DNA of 64,000 nt from positions 868,001 through 932,000 of the forward strand of contig NW_027191455.1 of assembly GCF_011745625.1 (NCBI RefSeq), written 5' to 3'. The stretch comes from Cladosporium halotolerans (lineage: Eukaryota). The notes beneath the pieces are model-generated. The model was not told where the DNA came from, ran no database searches, and was given only the letters and a program-made list of their open reading frames with translations. Shown here in pieces: positions 49,822-61,329 of the stretch (position 1 is the stretch's first letter; each line of letters opens with the position of its first letter). The position numbers and the translations under genes were made by a program.

Positions 49822-50827
49822 ATGGGTCTCATCAAGGGTGGTTTCTTGCGCCTGCTGCAGACCGCGCTCTACGCCCTCTGCTTCTGCTGCGCCGGCATCG
49901 TGCTCGGTATGTTGACCATTCGCGCGAGCGCAAAAGTTCACGCCAGCTGACAATCCGCCAGGCATCTACTCCTACTTCCTGAGCGTGCGCGCCGACCGCA
50001 ACCAGGGCATCCCCACCTGGCAAAAGGCCGTCGAGGGCATCTCGGGTGTTGCTGTCCTGTACACCATCGCCGCCACTGTCCTCACCTGCTGCCTTGGCGG
50101 CATCAGCTTCTTCGCCTTCACTGCCATTGTTCTCGACATCCTTTTCGTCGGCGGCTTCATCGCCCTCGCCGTTCTGACCCGCGATGGCGCCAGCTCTTGC
50201 ACTGGAACCGTCGACACCCCTCTTGGCACCGGCAACGCCAACGCCAACCGCTCTGATGGCTTCGGTTCTGGTGGTATCGGAACTGGCTCTGGCGAGAACC
50301 TGACCTACTCGGTTTCTCCTCGTACTGCCTGCCGCCTGAACACCGCCGCCTTCGCCGTGAGCATCATTGCTGCTTTCCTGTTCGTCATCACCGCTCTCAT
50401 GCAGATTGCTCTTGTCCGCAAGCACAAGAAGGAGAAGCGTTTCGGCCCCAGCCCCGCCAACAACTACACCTCTGGCCCTGGCAAGAAGCGCGCATTCTGG
50501 AACCGCAAGAAGAACACCACTGCGGACAGGGACACTGAGCTTGGCGCCACTGGCACTGCGGTTGGCGCTGGTGGTCTCGCCGCTGGCCACCCTGACACTC
50601 GTCCTTCTCACGAGACCGGCTACACTGGTAGCACCGTCGCCGCTTCCAACGGCAATGCGTATGACAAGGTTGATGGCGCCAACGGTTACAACACCACGCA
50701 CCAGAACCACGCGCCGCACGGCGCTCACGGAGGCTACTACACTCAGCCCCAGGGCACCGGTGTCAACCCGTATGGTTACGACAACACCCAACCTACCTAC
50801 ACCACCGGCACTGCCACCAACTACTAG
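49822..50827 (+). CDS. MARVEL-domain membrane protein with Gly/Asn/Tyr-rich cytosolic tail
   Basis: Intron 49907-49961. Four hydrophobic helices, with motifs AVEGISG, DILFVGGFIA and KRFGPSPANNYTSG. Confidence 0.82.
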
Positions 50828-51866
50828 GCTCTCGAGCCCTCACGCAGTTAGTCTAATGACACTGGCCAGCTGCTTTTCCTTTCCGTTTGTTTCTATGCAC
50901 ATATTTACGAGCGAGATACCACTATAATGCCACCTGTAATGATGGGACTAGCTGCCGAAGCAGCAAGGAGTCGGGAAAAGGAGGTGGATTGAAAGCGCAC
51001 GCGTTTCCAAGACTGTTTGGATGCAGATTCGTTACACTACGGCAGTACGCCACTAATAATACCAACGAAATTCTTCTAAAACATCGCCTGTGATTTTTGA
51101 AGTCCCATTTGAATACTACATTATCTCTAAGAGAGGGTTACAGTATGAATTCACTCCTATCATGTGTACCGGGTTCAAAGCTGGTGCTCTTCCGCGCGCC
51201 TCCCTTTGTCCGGCCGCCTGACGCATCACACCATCACTGCTTTGTTGCCGACGGTCAGCCACATACGTTCCCCGCTATCACGTGCCTTCTTTCCCTGTGA
51301 TATTGGCCTGCAAGGATATGGGATGCAGTGGACGTGTTGAGCACATCGAGACGCGCATGTCAATATTATTGCATGACTGCGCAAGTCATGTATGGGTCTG
51401 CGCGCGGTTTATGCCACATCTCAAATCACACTGCACATATGCCCACCCTTGCATGTTCTCATGAAAGTTTGCGCATTGGCAAGGATGGCTTGTCGAACGC
51501 GTTAAAAGTCTGCCGACGTGAGATGACCTCTGCCCGAAGCCGTGGCTGCTTGGTGAACTGCTGCTAGCAACCGGCAGGGACGTCATTGTTGATGTCTTGG
51601 CGTGGAGGGCAGCAGCGAGACCATGGCAAGTGGCCGATGGAGACACTGCTGAGAGAACATCACCTGCACCACCTTTACTTCTTTCGCTCTTTCAATCCCA
51701 ATTTCAACGAGCAAGATATCGCCAGTTGACCCGATACACAGAGTACGATTCGTCTGCCCCGTCCCTGCATTCCCGTCGCCCTGCTGACCGCCCGGAATGT
51801 TCACAGGTCAACCCCTCCAACCACACACCTCCATATACGGCCCGCCCACGCGAGAAGGTCGTCGCG

Positions 51867-52925
51867 ATGACTTCTTTCATTCAGACAATGTTCGTACAGT
51901 CTTCTCCACCGCAATACCCCGCCTCGCCTAAGCCCCTGCCCGCCATTCAGAGCAACGTGCTCGTCGAGTCCGAGTCGCACTCCCACCTCCAGCTGCCCAG
52001 CAGCCCGGACTCAACCTACCAGAGTCCCTTGCACCGGCAGCTGCAGACGTTCTTCTCGGACACATCGACCAGCAGCCTGGGCTCGCAGTACCCGTCTCCG
52101 ACACGACGGCAGGAGCAACGGCTCCACGAGGCGCAGCGGGGCTTGGGATACGGGCTGGCGCAAATAGCGAAGCAGGCTGACCTTTTCACGCACAACAGCA
52201 ACTCCAATGCCCGCAACAGGCAGACCTTCCAGAGCCAGAAGCGCGCTAAGGGCACGAGCACATGGCAGCTGAAGCAGTTCGCCGACGCGACGCTCGGCGG
52301 CAACAGCCTGCGCAAATGCGTGCAGCTGCCCGAAGGCGAGGATAGGAACGAGTGGCTCGCCGTCAATGGTAACCTAGCCCCCCACCCGAGAGTGATCCCT
52401 CCCAGCCCACCAACTAACCCCTCGCTCTCCCCAACAGTCGTCGACTTCTACAACCAAATCAACCTCCTCTACGGCAGCATCACCGAGTTCTGCTCCCCGA
52501 CCTCCTGCCCCGAAATGAAGGCGACCGACGAGTTCGAGTACCTCTGGCACGACCCGCCCGCCTTCCCCAAGCCCACGCGCCTGCCCGCCCCGACCTACAT
52601 CTCGCACCTCCTGACCTGGACCTCGGCGCACCTGTCCAACGCGAACCTCTTCCCCACCGCCCCCGGCGTCCCCTTCCCCGCGGATTTCGAGAGGAACGTC
52701 CGCCAGATCTTCAAGCGCCTGTACCGCGTCTACGCGCACATCTACTGCCACCATTACACGGTCGTGAGGGGCTTGGGCCTCGAGCCGCATTTGAACACGG
52801 GGTTTAAGCACTATGTGCTGTTTGTGGAGGAGTTTGGGCTCGCGGAGGAGGGGAGGGGTGGGAAGAGGAGCGAGTGGTATGGGCCTTTGGGGGAGTTGGT
52901 GGAGAGTATGTTGAGGAGTGATTGA
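51867..52925 (+). CDS. MOB1: Mob1 kinase co-activator
   Basis: Motifs [53 protein letters not shown] and [15 protein letters not shown]. Predicted introns 51890-52198 and 52369-52437. Confidence 0.93.
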   Translation: MTSFIQTMFVQSSPPQYPASPKPLPAIQSNVLVESESHSHLQLPSSPDSTYQSPLHRQLQTFFSDTSTSSLGSQYPSPTRRQEQRLHEAQRGLGYGLAQIAKQADLFTHNSNSNARNRQTFQSQKRAKGTSTWQLKQFADATLGGNSLRKCVQLPEGEDRNEWLAVNGNLAPHPRVIPPSPPTNPSLSPTVVDFYNQINLLYGSITEFCSPTSCPEMKATDEFEYLWHDPPAFPKPTRLPAPTYISHLLTWTSAHLSNANLFPTAPGVPFPADFERNVRQIFKRLYRVYAHIYCHHYTVVRGLGLEPHLNTGFKHYVLFVEEFGLAEEGRGGKRSEWYGPLGELVESMLRSD

Positions 52926-54017
52926 GGAGTGTGTGAGATGGGACGGACGGGAGGGGGGTGGGCATGGAGTAAGGTGTGGTTTTTGGGACTGCTTGTGGCA
53001 GCCGAGTTTGTTTCTTTCATGTCGAGCATAGGGCGGTACGGGCTGCGGGACTACTGCAGTGTTTTGGTTTCGGCGTTACGGGAGGGACTTTGCACAGCAG
53101 CGCGACAATCCGGGCTGAATTTCCGGGGGCAGTAATGAATGACAGAGTGGCATATCTAGCTACAAACGAACACTGAAACGGAGTCTTGCTCTGATTTGCT
53201 TGTGCGATCCGTCCCAAAGTCTCGTCCGATGTCTCGCTGTGTAATTCTATCTGCTGTGCGTGCATTGTTGTTGTTGTTGTTGTCGTCGTCGCACTGTCGG
53301 GCTTTGATGAGACACGGCCGGCTTCGAGCCCGGATCGGCGCTGTTTGTTTGGCTTGGAAGTTGACCGCAGGTGCACGAGCCCTCAGCGCTGGCGGCCAGC
53401 GCACGACATCAGCGCATCGATGAAAGTCAGGTGTTGCACTTCACACGGCAGACAACGGTTGGGAGGCATGGAAACGTAGTACTTGAACTTTTGCTTCGAT
53501 TTCTTTCTCTATACGTATAACGAAATAACACACCAAAAACGACAGCAAATGCCTAAAAGAGGTCTCGCACTGGTAGCGACTGTGGTAGAAGCGAATGAAA
53601 AATGGAGGATCGATTCGAAAAGAAAATCGATTCCCGAAGAAGTGAAGTGTTTCTTGAATCTCCAATGATGTGTTCCCCAAGAATGCCCTCGTAAAATTCG
53701 TAGTCCCGATGAGTCGGGGAAGGCGCAGAAGAGCTCGCTTCGCTGCCTAACCCATGCTTTTGGTATTTTGTCGTGATATGTCGTATGGCTGGTTCGTTCG
53801 TGATCTGGGAATGATGTGCGGACTGCGCGCTCCCGTTTCGCAAAGACTAGCTCGCTGAAACAAGGAGTGGCGCGCGTCGCGGTTCGATTCCTGCTGTTGT
53901 CGGTGGCGTCGGGCCATAGTTTTGTGCTTGTTCTCAGGATCCTGCCGAGTTCGGAGGCGCGTTTGCTTTTGTGTATGTATGGTTCAAAGGAGTGTGGGGC
54001 AGTGAGATTCGACGAAT

Positions 54018-54686
54018 CTACTGCAGGGCCTTGACGGTCTTGCCGGTGCCGTAGGAAATGTCCTGGACGGCCTCGCCCTCCATCGGGGTCTGGATGCCGA
54101 GCTGGTGAGGGCAGGTGGGCTGGTTGCCCTTGCTGAGGTCGGGGTACTCGCACCTCTCATCCTCGCCCAGGGTGCAGGCGGAGTTGGCGATGTTGAAGAG
54201 GGAGAAGTTGTTGCCGACCCAGGAGTCGGAGGCCTTGCAGCTGGAGACGAAGTTCATCGCGTTGGCGGCGGTGAAGGCGAGGGACTTGTCGTCGGTCTTG
54301 AGGAGGTCCTCGCACTCGCTCATGTCAACGTCCTCGTAGGTGGCGGGGATGCCGCCGCCCATGGTCGGGTTCTCCTCGGCGCCCTCGCCAGTGTTAAGGT
54401 AGTTCCAGGCGTCGTAGGAGATGTCGTAGGCACCGCCGGAGGTGTCGATCTTGAGGAGGTTGACGCTGCGGCCATTGGCGCTGACCTTGACGCAGACCTT
54501 GTCGCAGTCGACGGAGCTGGGCCAGTAGGCGACGCGGTTGGTGTCGATCTTGCAACCGAGCACACCGACGGAGGAAGAGTACTTGTCGTGCGGAGTGATA
54601 GAAATACCGCTGTCGCGCTTGGCCGGGATGGCGTAGGCGGCGGTGCTGGCTGCGAAGGCAGCGACGGTGGCGGCAGAGAAGTACAT
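54018..54686 (-). CDS. Secreted cysteine-rich cerato-platanin/barwin-like protein
   Basis: Signal peptide plus KR site. Motifs TPHDKYSSSVGVLGCK, CDKVCVKV and IDTSGGAYDISYDAWNYL; 8 Cys. Confidence 0.78.
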   Translation of the reverse strand: MYFSAATVAAFAASTAAYAIPAKRDSGISITPHDKYSSSVGVLGCKIDTNRVAYWPSSVDCDKVCVKVSANGRSVNLLKIDTSGGAYDISYDAWNYLNTGEGAEENPTMGGGIPATYEDVDMSECEDLLKTDDKSLAFTAANAMNFVSSCKASDSWVGNNFSLFNIANSACTLGEDERCEYPDLSKGNQPTCPHQLGIQTPMEGEAVQDISYGTGKTVKALQ

Positions 54687-55681
54687 TTTGAAGGAGTGTT
54701 TCCTATTGAATGATTCGTGCTCTTGAAGGGACTGTGGTGCTGCTGCTAGAGCGCAAGGGAAAGAATGTCAGGGAATTGAGTGAAGAGACAGACGGTCGCG
54801 TGCTGCGAAAGTGAGGGAAGGACTGATGGTGATTCTCCTGGAACCCAAGGGCACGAATGTTCAATATAAAGATGGTGGAGAGGGGGAAACGCGTTCACGT
54901 GGGTGAGAGAAAAACTTAAGTACATGTGCGCAGAGCGTGCGCAACATGTGCGTCGGTCAATTGAGATCGCCGCCGCGCTCAACCGACCACTGTTGCACGG
55001 CGGCGCAATCCGCGACATCGGGCGTGTACACGAAAGGCTCATCGAATGGGAGCGAATGGGGTGTGGAGTGTGACCAGCGCTTGACGGCCGCCATGCGGTG
55101 ACTGCGAGCGCGAGCGAGTGCCGCATGTGCGAGCGAGGCCCGCCGTGCGTTCCAGAATCGCAAAACGGATCGGTGCCTGCATTGTACCGTTCCACTCGCA
55201 AGACATGAAGCGTCGTGAATGGACAGCTGCAGGTACGCGGATCCTAGGGCGCCGACGTTCGCAAAAAGGCTGTTTGGCGGATCGGGCCAGCAACGTGTGA
55301 TTCGCCAGGGGTCGGTGCTGGCGCCGGCAGTACCTGCGCGAGCCGCGCGGATGGCCGTTGAGGCAGCCTCGGCAGCCCGCGCGGGCCAGCGTGCGTTTCG
55401 ATTTTTTTGCCTCGACTGACGCCAGTGGCCGCCTCCGCCTGCGGCCATTCGACGCACCGTCGACGGGCGCGCTACTGCACAACGGTGGCCCTGGTCGACG
55501 GCCTGCCCACAACGCCGCACCCGCTGGTTCGCCCTTCGCCCACGACGTCGCCGCGGCTCCACACGGGGCTCGCAAACCGCCCTCCCGAGTGCGGCCGAAC
55601 AGCTGCTGGGGTGGGCGAAGACGAGCGGGTGGGCTCGAGACACACGAGCCGGTGGGTTCGCGCCCGGGTCGAGACGCGGTG

Positions 55682-55713
55682 AACGCTGGACGCTGGACGC
55701 TGGACGCTGGACG
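55682..55713. repeat. Heptamer tandem repeat (ACGCTGG)x4
   Basis: Sequence aacgctggacgctggacgctggacgctggacg. Confidence 0.85.
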
Positions 55714-56684
55714 CCCCTCCACCCTCCACGGACGTCGCCCGGGAATTGTCACGCTCGACTCGGGCGTCCATGCAGCAGCCTTGGCCGTGCCCGCAGTAGT
55801 GACCGAGAGACATCGAGGCTCGACCTGCCGTACCTCGCAGTCGCTGTGTGGTAGCGCAGGTAGCGCATCCCACCGCACGCCGCATCTCAACGAGTCCATC
55901 CGCATGGCTGCGTTGCTGAGGCCGAGGGACGAGCGTGCCCAAGCCAGCAGTGCGCGGACTCCAGTGCGGAGGCGCAGCGGAGCGTGTCGACGGCGACACA
56001 TGTTGGCAGCGTCATCCGTTCCAGGAGGCATAAGCCGGCGACCGCGAAGTCACATGTCAGCCCGCGAGCTGTCCTTCCAACAACGCCGCAGACCGCCTGT
56101 GTGTGGTGCTCCCGTCAGACGGTGGAAATTAGTCAAGCAGGCTGCCCAGGTGAGACCGGCGTGGCACAGCAGGAGCCGGATTTTCGGTGTCTGTTCTGCA
56201 GTGTTGCCTTGTGCCTGAGGCTGCCATGCAACGCCCAGCGGAAGCTCGGAAACACGAATGCCGACCCTAGCTGTTTTGGGCTAACGACGCGAGCACGTGA
56301 CTTCGGACTTCGTTCACTCGCTTCAGCTCTGAGCTCAGCCTCAGCCGTTCATCGCAGGACGCCGTCGTGCAGCACTCACTTCGTCGGATAGCAATTTGCC
56401 CTTCCCGCCGACAGCCTCTAGGTAGGGAAACACCGTATGCCCGACAGTTTCTTGTCGCTTCAGTATAAACACCGACGCAAATCACCCGTCTTGACGTACT
56501 TCATTCCCCGAGCCAAGTGCCAATACACGCCTTCGGACATTTCCAAACGCGAGCAGCCGAATACCTCAGCAATCGAACATCTGCTTGCGCAACTCGCGTC
56601 TTAGTCTGTCAATTGTACCCCTGTTTCTGAAATCTTCTTCCTCTCGTACACGTACATACCACCTAGCTCCAGCAATCATCAACA

Positions 56685-57668
56685 ATGGCCGCCATATTTG
56701 CTCGACAACGCATCGTCACAACCGCCGCCGCTACGGCGGTGGTAGGCACAGCACTGTACGTGTCGCGCCCAGCACCGCTTCGTCTGGACTCGGCATTCAA
56801 GGAGCCCTCAAAGACGCTCACGTTCCCACGCACAATGCTCTTCTCCCGCGAGCTCAAAGTCAAGCAAGTTGAGCAGGTCAACCACGACACTAAGCGCATT
56901 ACCTTCGACCTTCCCGGTGGAGAAAGCGAAATCAGCGGCGTGCCAGCTTCATGTAATACAACCACTACAGAAACAGCATAAGTCCCCCAACTGACTCCCC
57001 TTGTAGCCGCCATCCTAACCCAACACACCGCCCAAGGCGCCTGGTTCCCCACTCTCCGCCCCTACACGCCCATATCACCACCCCACCAACTAGGCATCCT
57101 CACCCTCCTTGTGAAACAATACCCCAACGGCCGCGCCTCAACCCACATGCACAGCCTGCAGCCCGGCGACAGCCTGACCGTCCGCGGCCCCATCCCCGGC
57201 TACACCTACAAGCCCTCGCCGCAGCAACCGCGCAGCGTCATCCTCATCGCCGGCGGCGCCGGCATCACGCCCATCTACTCGCTCGCACGCGAGATCCTGA
57301 CCGCTGACTCCCGCGACCAGACGGCCGTGCAGCTGCTCTGGGGCGTCAACGGGCCGCGGGATATTGTGCTGCGCCAAGAGCTGGAGGCGCTGCGGGCGGA
57401 GTTCCCGGAGCGGTTTAGTGTCACTTATGCGGTTTCCGGCAAGGAGACGGATGTTGCTGCGCTGGGGAGTGCGGAGATGTTCAAGAAGGGGTATGTGAAT
57501 CGGGGGTTGGTGGAAGAGGCGATTGCGCGGTGTGGTGGGGCTTTCGGGGACGAGAAGGGCACGAAGGTGTTTCTGTGCGGGCCGCCGGCGATGGAGGAGG
57601 CGGTTGCGGGGAAGAAGGGAGTTCTGGCGGAGTTGGGGTTGGCCAAGAAGGAGATTCATCGGTTTTGA
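56685..57668 (+). CDS. NADH-cytochrome b5 reductase (Mcr1-like, mitochondrial-type N-terminus)
   Basis: Intron 56953-57006. Motifs NHDTKRI, RPYTPIS, KQYPNG, IAGGAGITP and FLCGPPAM. Confidence 0.9.
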
Positions 57669-57778
57669 GAGGCGAGGCTGTTGTCGTTTTGCAAGGCGTT
57701 TTGCGATCCTCCCTAATTCAGGTCTCCCAGCGCCTGCTAATAGTATAGTTCAGCCCATCCACAGCCCAATGAGCCCGA

Positions 57779-59257
57779 TCAAACCCCTCCCATCCTCTCA
57801 TAAACCCCCTCCAACCTCTCCACCCAAACCGGCAAACAAAGCGGCGTGAAAATCTCGTCCAGCTCCCCCCTCATCCCCGGCGTCCACAAATCCAGCACCT
57901 CCAGCTCCCGCACCCGCACGCCCGCCATCCTCGTATCCCAACCCACGTCCCCGCCCTCCAACCCCCCCACCCCCACCCTCCGCACCGACGCCAGCGCCCC
58001 CGCCAGCCCCGCGTACGCCGCCGCCAGCTCCGTCCAGCAGTCCGCGAGGTCCGCCTTGCCCAGCCGCGCGCGCTCGTGCAGGATCGTGCTCTCGCGGCGC
58101 GGCGCGAGCTGCAGGCTCAGCTTCCCGATCCGCGGCAGCAGGGCGGCGAAGTCCGCGTGCGTCGCGAAGGGGAAGATCGCGGTGTAGGACAGCGAGGCCA
58201 GCGCGGGCAGGCGGGAGGCCGGGTGCAGGGTGCTCTGCTTGATGGAGGCGATGAGCGAGGGCGGGCCGCGCTCGAAGAACTCGTAGGTCCCGTAGGCTTT
58301 GAGGAAGGAGCCTTCGTTGAGGCTGAGGTGGGTCCAGGGGCGGAGGGCGAGGATGCTGGAGGGGGAGGCGGAGGGGTAGGTTGGCGGGATGGGGTGGAGG
58401 GTGGAGTAGCTTGGTGGTTGACTGGGGCTGGTGCGGGGGGGTTGGTTGGAGGTGGGTTTTGGTTGGGTGAGGGAGAGGATGTGGTATTCCATGTCGGTGA
58501 AGGCCCAGTCGCCGAAGGTGTCGATTGCGCAGTTGGCGAGGCAGGCGAGGTCTGTGGGTGGTGCGAGGATGGTGATGGTGGATGGGTCGATGATGGATAA
58601 GAGATGGGCCCAGAAAGCTGCGCTCGCTGCGTACCGCCAGTCTCGGTCGGCGGCTTCGTGGGGAAAACGACGGAGTTTCTGTTCGAGCATTGGGCCAGTG
58701 TAGAGCACGAAGCTGTCGACTACAGAGGTGAGCTCGTGCTGAATTAGGTATTGAATGAAGTCTTGTAGACCATGGTAGAAGCGTGGGATCCACGAGAGGG
58801 CCGTTGAGGGCTGTATGCGTTCTTTGAGTGCGAATGCCATCTCACCCATCTGCTGCGCTTCGTCATCTAGCAAGCCGGCCTTCAGATTGACATTGCACCG
58901 TGCCAATGCCGCTCTCACCATGTCAACATGGTACTGGTCGACTCCATCAACTTCAGGCTCCAGGTCAATGACGCTCGTCGGGTTGGAGATTGCCCTCGTA
59001 TTGCATGCTTTACATGTAGTCCATTCATATTTCGGAGAGGCATCAAGACGAAGCCGGGCATACTTGAACAGAACCGGCAACACTAGCCTTCGCCAGCATT
59101 TTGACAGTAAGGAAACGTTCTTCAAAGTTTGATCATCGCTCTTTGTCAGCTCGAGAGCGGGTTCCTGCCGTAGCTTTTGCGAGGAGGGAGATTGCACGTC
59201 TAAGAAGTCGATGATAAGCAGCTGTAATTCTTCCGGCAATGCATTGAGTGTTGCCAT
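57779..59257 (-). CDS. F-box domain protein
   Basis: Long intronless ORF beginning MATLNALPEELQLLIIDFL...LKNVSLLSKCWR. Conserved-looking segment WTHLSLNEGSFLKAYGTYEFF. Confidence 0.8.
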   Translation of the reverse strand: MATLNALPEELQLLIIDFLDVQSPSSQKLRQEPALELTKSDDQTLKNVSLLSKCWRRLVLPVLFKYARLRLDASPKYEWTTCKACNTRAISNPTSVIDLEPEVDGVDQYHVDMVRAALARCNVNLKAGLLDDEAQQMGEMAFALKERIQPSTALSWIPRFYHGLQDFIQYLIQHELTSVVDSFVLYTGPMLEQKLRRFPHEAADRDWRYAASAAFWAHLLSIIDPSTITILAPPTDLACLANCAIDTFGDWAFTDMEYHILSLTQPKPTSNQPPRTSPSQPPSYSTLHPIPPTYPSASPSSILALRPWTHLSLNEGSFLKAYGTYEFFERGPPSLIASIKQSTLHPASRLPALASLSYTAIFPFATHADFAALLPRIGKLSLQLAPRRESTILHERARLGKADLADCWTELAAAYAGLAGALASVRRVGVGGLEGGDVGWDTRMAGVRVRELEVLDLWTPGMRGELDEIFTPLCLPVWVERLEGVYERMGGV

Positions 59258-59753
59258 CCTGGCAAGTCGGGCGTTTCCTGGATTCAAAGCGACCAAGGTT
59301 GACTACCTCAAACAGACTAGCACGTGGTGGACCGAGTGTGAGAGGATAGTTGAGACGAGGCTTGGCGACTGTTATTATTAGGTAGACATTTGATCCGAAT
59401 GGTCCGTCGCTATTCATCAGGATTGAGAATGCCACCCGCTGCTATCTCGCTTGGAGTCTGAAGCTGAAGAGGTGGGTACGCGTGGCGTCATCTAGGCGGC
59501 TCGCCGCCCCAGGTGCGAGCTTTCGGTTGCTGAAAGGTGGGGCCCCAGGCACTCGTTTAGGTGGATATGTGAAGAACACCTCGGCATCTCTCTTTGCTAT
59601 TCTCTAATTCCTTTGCGCGTCTGGACAGGCTGGTATCCGCAGTCATTTGTCAGTAGTCTCAATCGTCACCCGGGCCCGCATATAATTACTCTCTATCGGC
59701 ACTTTCTTTGAGCTGCACACGGCTATAGCCAATTGGAACATCCGACCAATACA

Positions 59754-60940
59754 ATGGCCACTCAGAATGTCACTCTAGTTGAGAAGCTCACTCTGCTACC
59801 GCATGTTGCTGTTGGATTGTCTCTCGGATTCCTCCGTCTGGCGACTCGACCATTGACCAGCGATGTCAAACCACCGACCGCCTTCCAGGACTTCGCGTAT
59901 GCAGTGGCCCGCTATGTCCTCTCAAACGTGACCATTCCTCATGAGAAGTGGCTGGCGCCTCCGACCGAGACTAACTATCTCGACTTCGCTCGCGCAAAGA
60001 ACTTCCAGCCCGACACAGCCGTCCTTCCTAGTGGTGTCAAAGTTCACTGGATCGGCAACAAGAGCGCCGAGAAGGTGTTCCTCTACTTTCACGGCGGCGG
60101 ATATGTGAACTCCATTTCGCCCGCGCATCTGGCGTGGCTCTTTGACCTCGAGGCTGAGCTATCCAAGACGAAGAAGATTGCTGTCGCAGTCCTCGGATAT
60201 ACCTGTGCCCCGGAGGGTCAATATCCTCTGCAGCTCAAGCAAGCCGCTGAAAGCCTTGTTTGGATGTTGCAGACGGAGGGCAAGAAGCCCGAAGATGTTG
60301 GTGGCATTTGGACACCTCATTCAGGATCCTTGACAGCTAACATGCTACCCTATAGATCTTCATCGGCGGCGATTCAGCGGGTGGCAATCTAGCGCTGGCT
60401 CTATTCTCCCACATCCTGCACCCTCATCCTAGCCTTGGAGAGGACCTTCGTATCAAGCTGCCCGGACCCCTGGCAGGAGCGGTCATCACGTCGCCATGGG
60501 TGAAATTTGCCACAGACGACGATTCCGTCAAACGCAACGAAGGAAGCGATTTTGTCTGTGAGACGGCCGCCAACCGGTGGTCTTCTGCTTTCATGGGTAG
60601 GTTGATTTTTTTTCTTGCGTACAGAATATTCTATTGACAACTACAAATAGGATCAGCACCCGACGACAACTACAACCAGCCGATCCTGGCGCCTGCAGAT
60701 TGGTTTTCCGGCCTCGACAAGGTGATCAAGGGCATGTTTGTCTGGGGTGGCGAGTCGGAGGTTCTCATCGACAGCATCGATGCCATCGTCAAGAAGCTCA
60801 AGGCCAGCTACCCTCAGACTGAGTACGTCAAGACCAAGGGTGGCGCTCACGTGGGCTGGCTTGCTCATAAGATGTTCGGCTACAAGGGCAAGGAAGAGAG
60901 CACGGAAGCTATTGAGAGCTGGATGACTGCACGGCTCTGA
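59754..60940 (+). CDS. Alpha/beta hydrolase, hormone-sensitive-lipase/Say1-like esterase
   Basis: HGGG oxyanion motif and GDSAG nucleophile elbow, with WGGESE and GAH. Introns 60297-60355 and 60597-60650. Ends in -ARL. Confidence 0.9.
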
Positions 60941-61329
60941 GCTTGCAGGTGAGGTTGCGGGTGACTCTTGTCCGAAGTTTCCTGAAATTGGAATCTAGCC
61001 TGTCACTACCCTAATATTCTTGTTTGGAAGTAGCGCTACTGTAATCACACATACAAGCGGATTACACCATGTTCAATCCACTCGGAGTGTCAACTTGGAG
61101 TGGCGACAATTGAAAGCTCGAAAGTACTTTAGCCGTCACTCTTCGAGCACCCGCAGTGCGGTCATCTTGTTGAATTTCCACCAGTCAGGGGGTTCAATCT
61201 CTCATAGTCACGACTTGAGGGGCCTGTCCTCTATTGAAAAGTAAGCGGCAGAATGTCTTCACATGGGCGTAGGTCATTCAACACATGGCTTGTCTTTCCC
61301 AGACGTACCGAAACTGCCGAAATACTCGA

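Noticed and set aside
53600..53665. Small multi-stem structure (ATCGATT/AATCGAT inside TGGAG/CTCCA)
   Set aside because: Short stems in an AT-rich convergent 3' region, with no ncRNA family motif.
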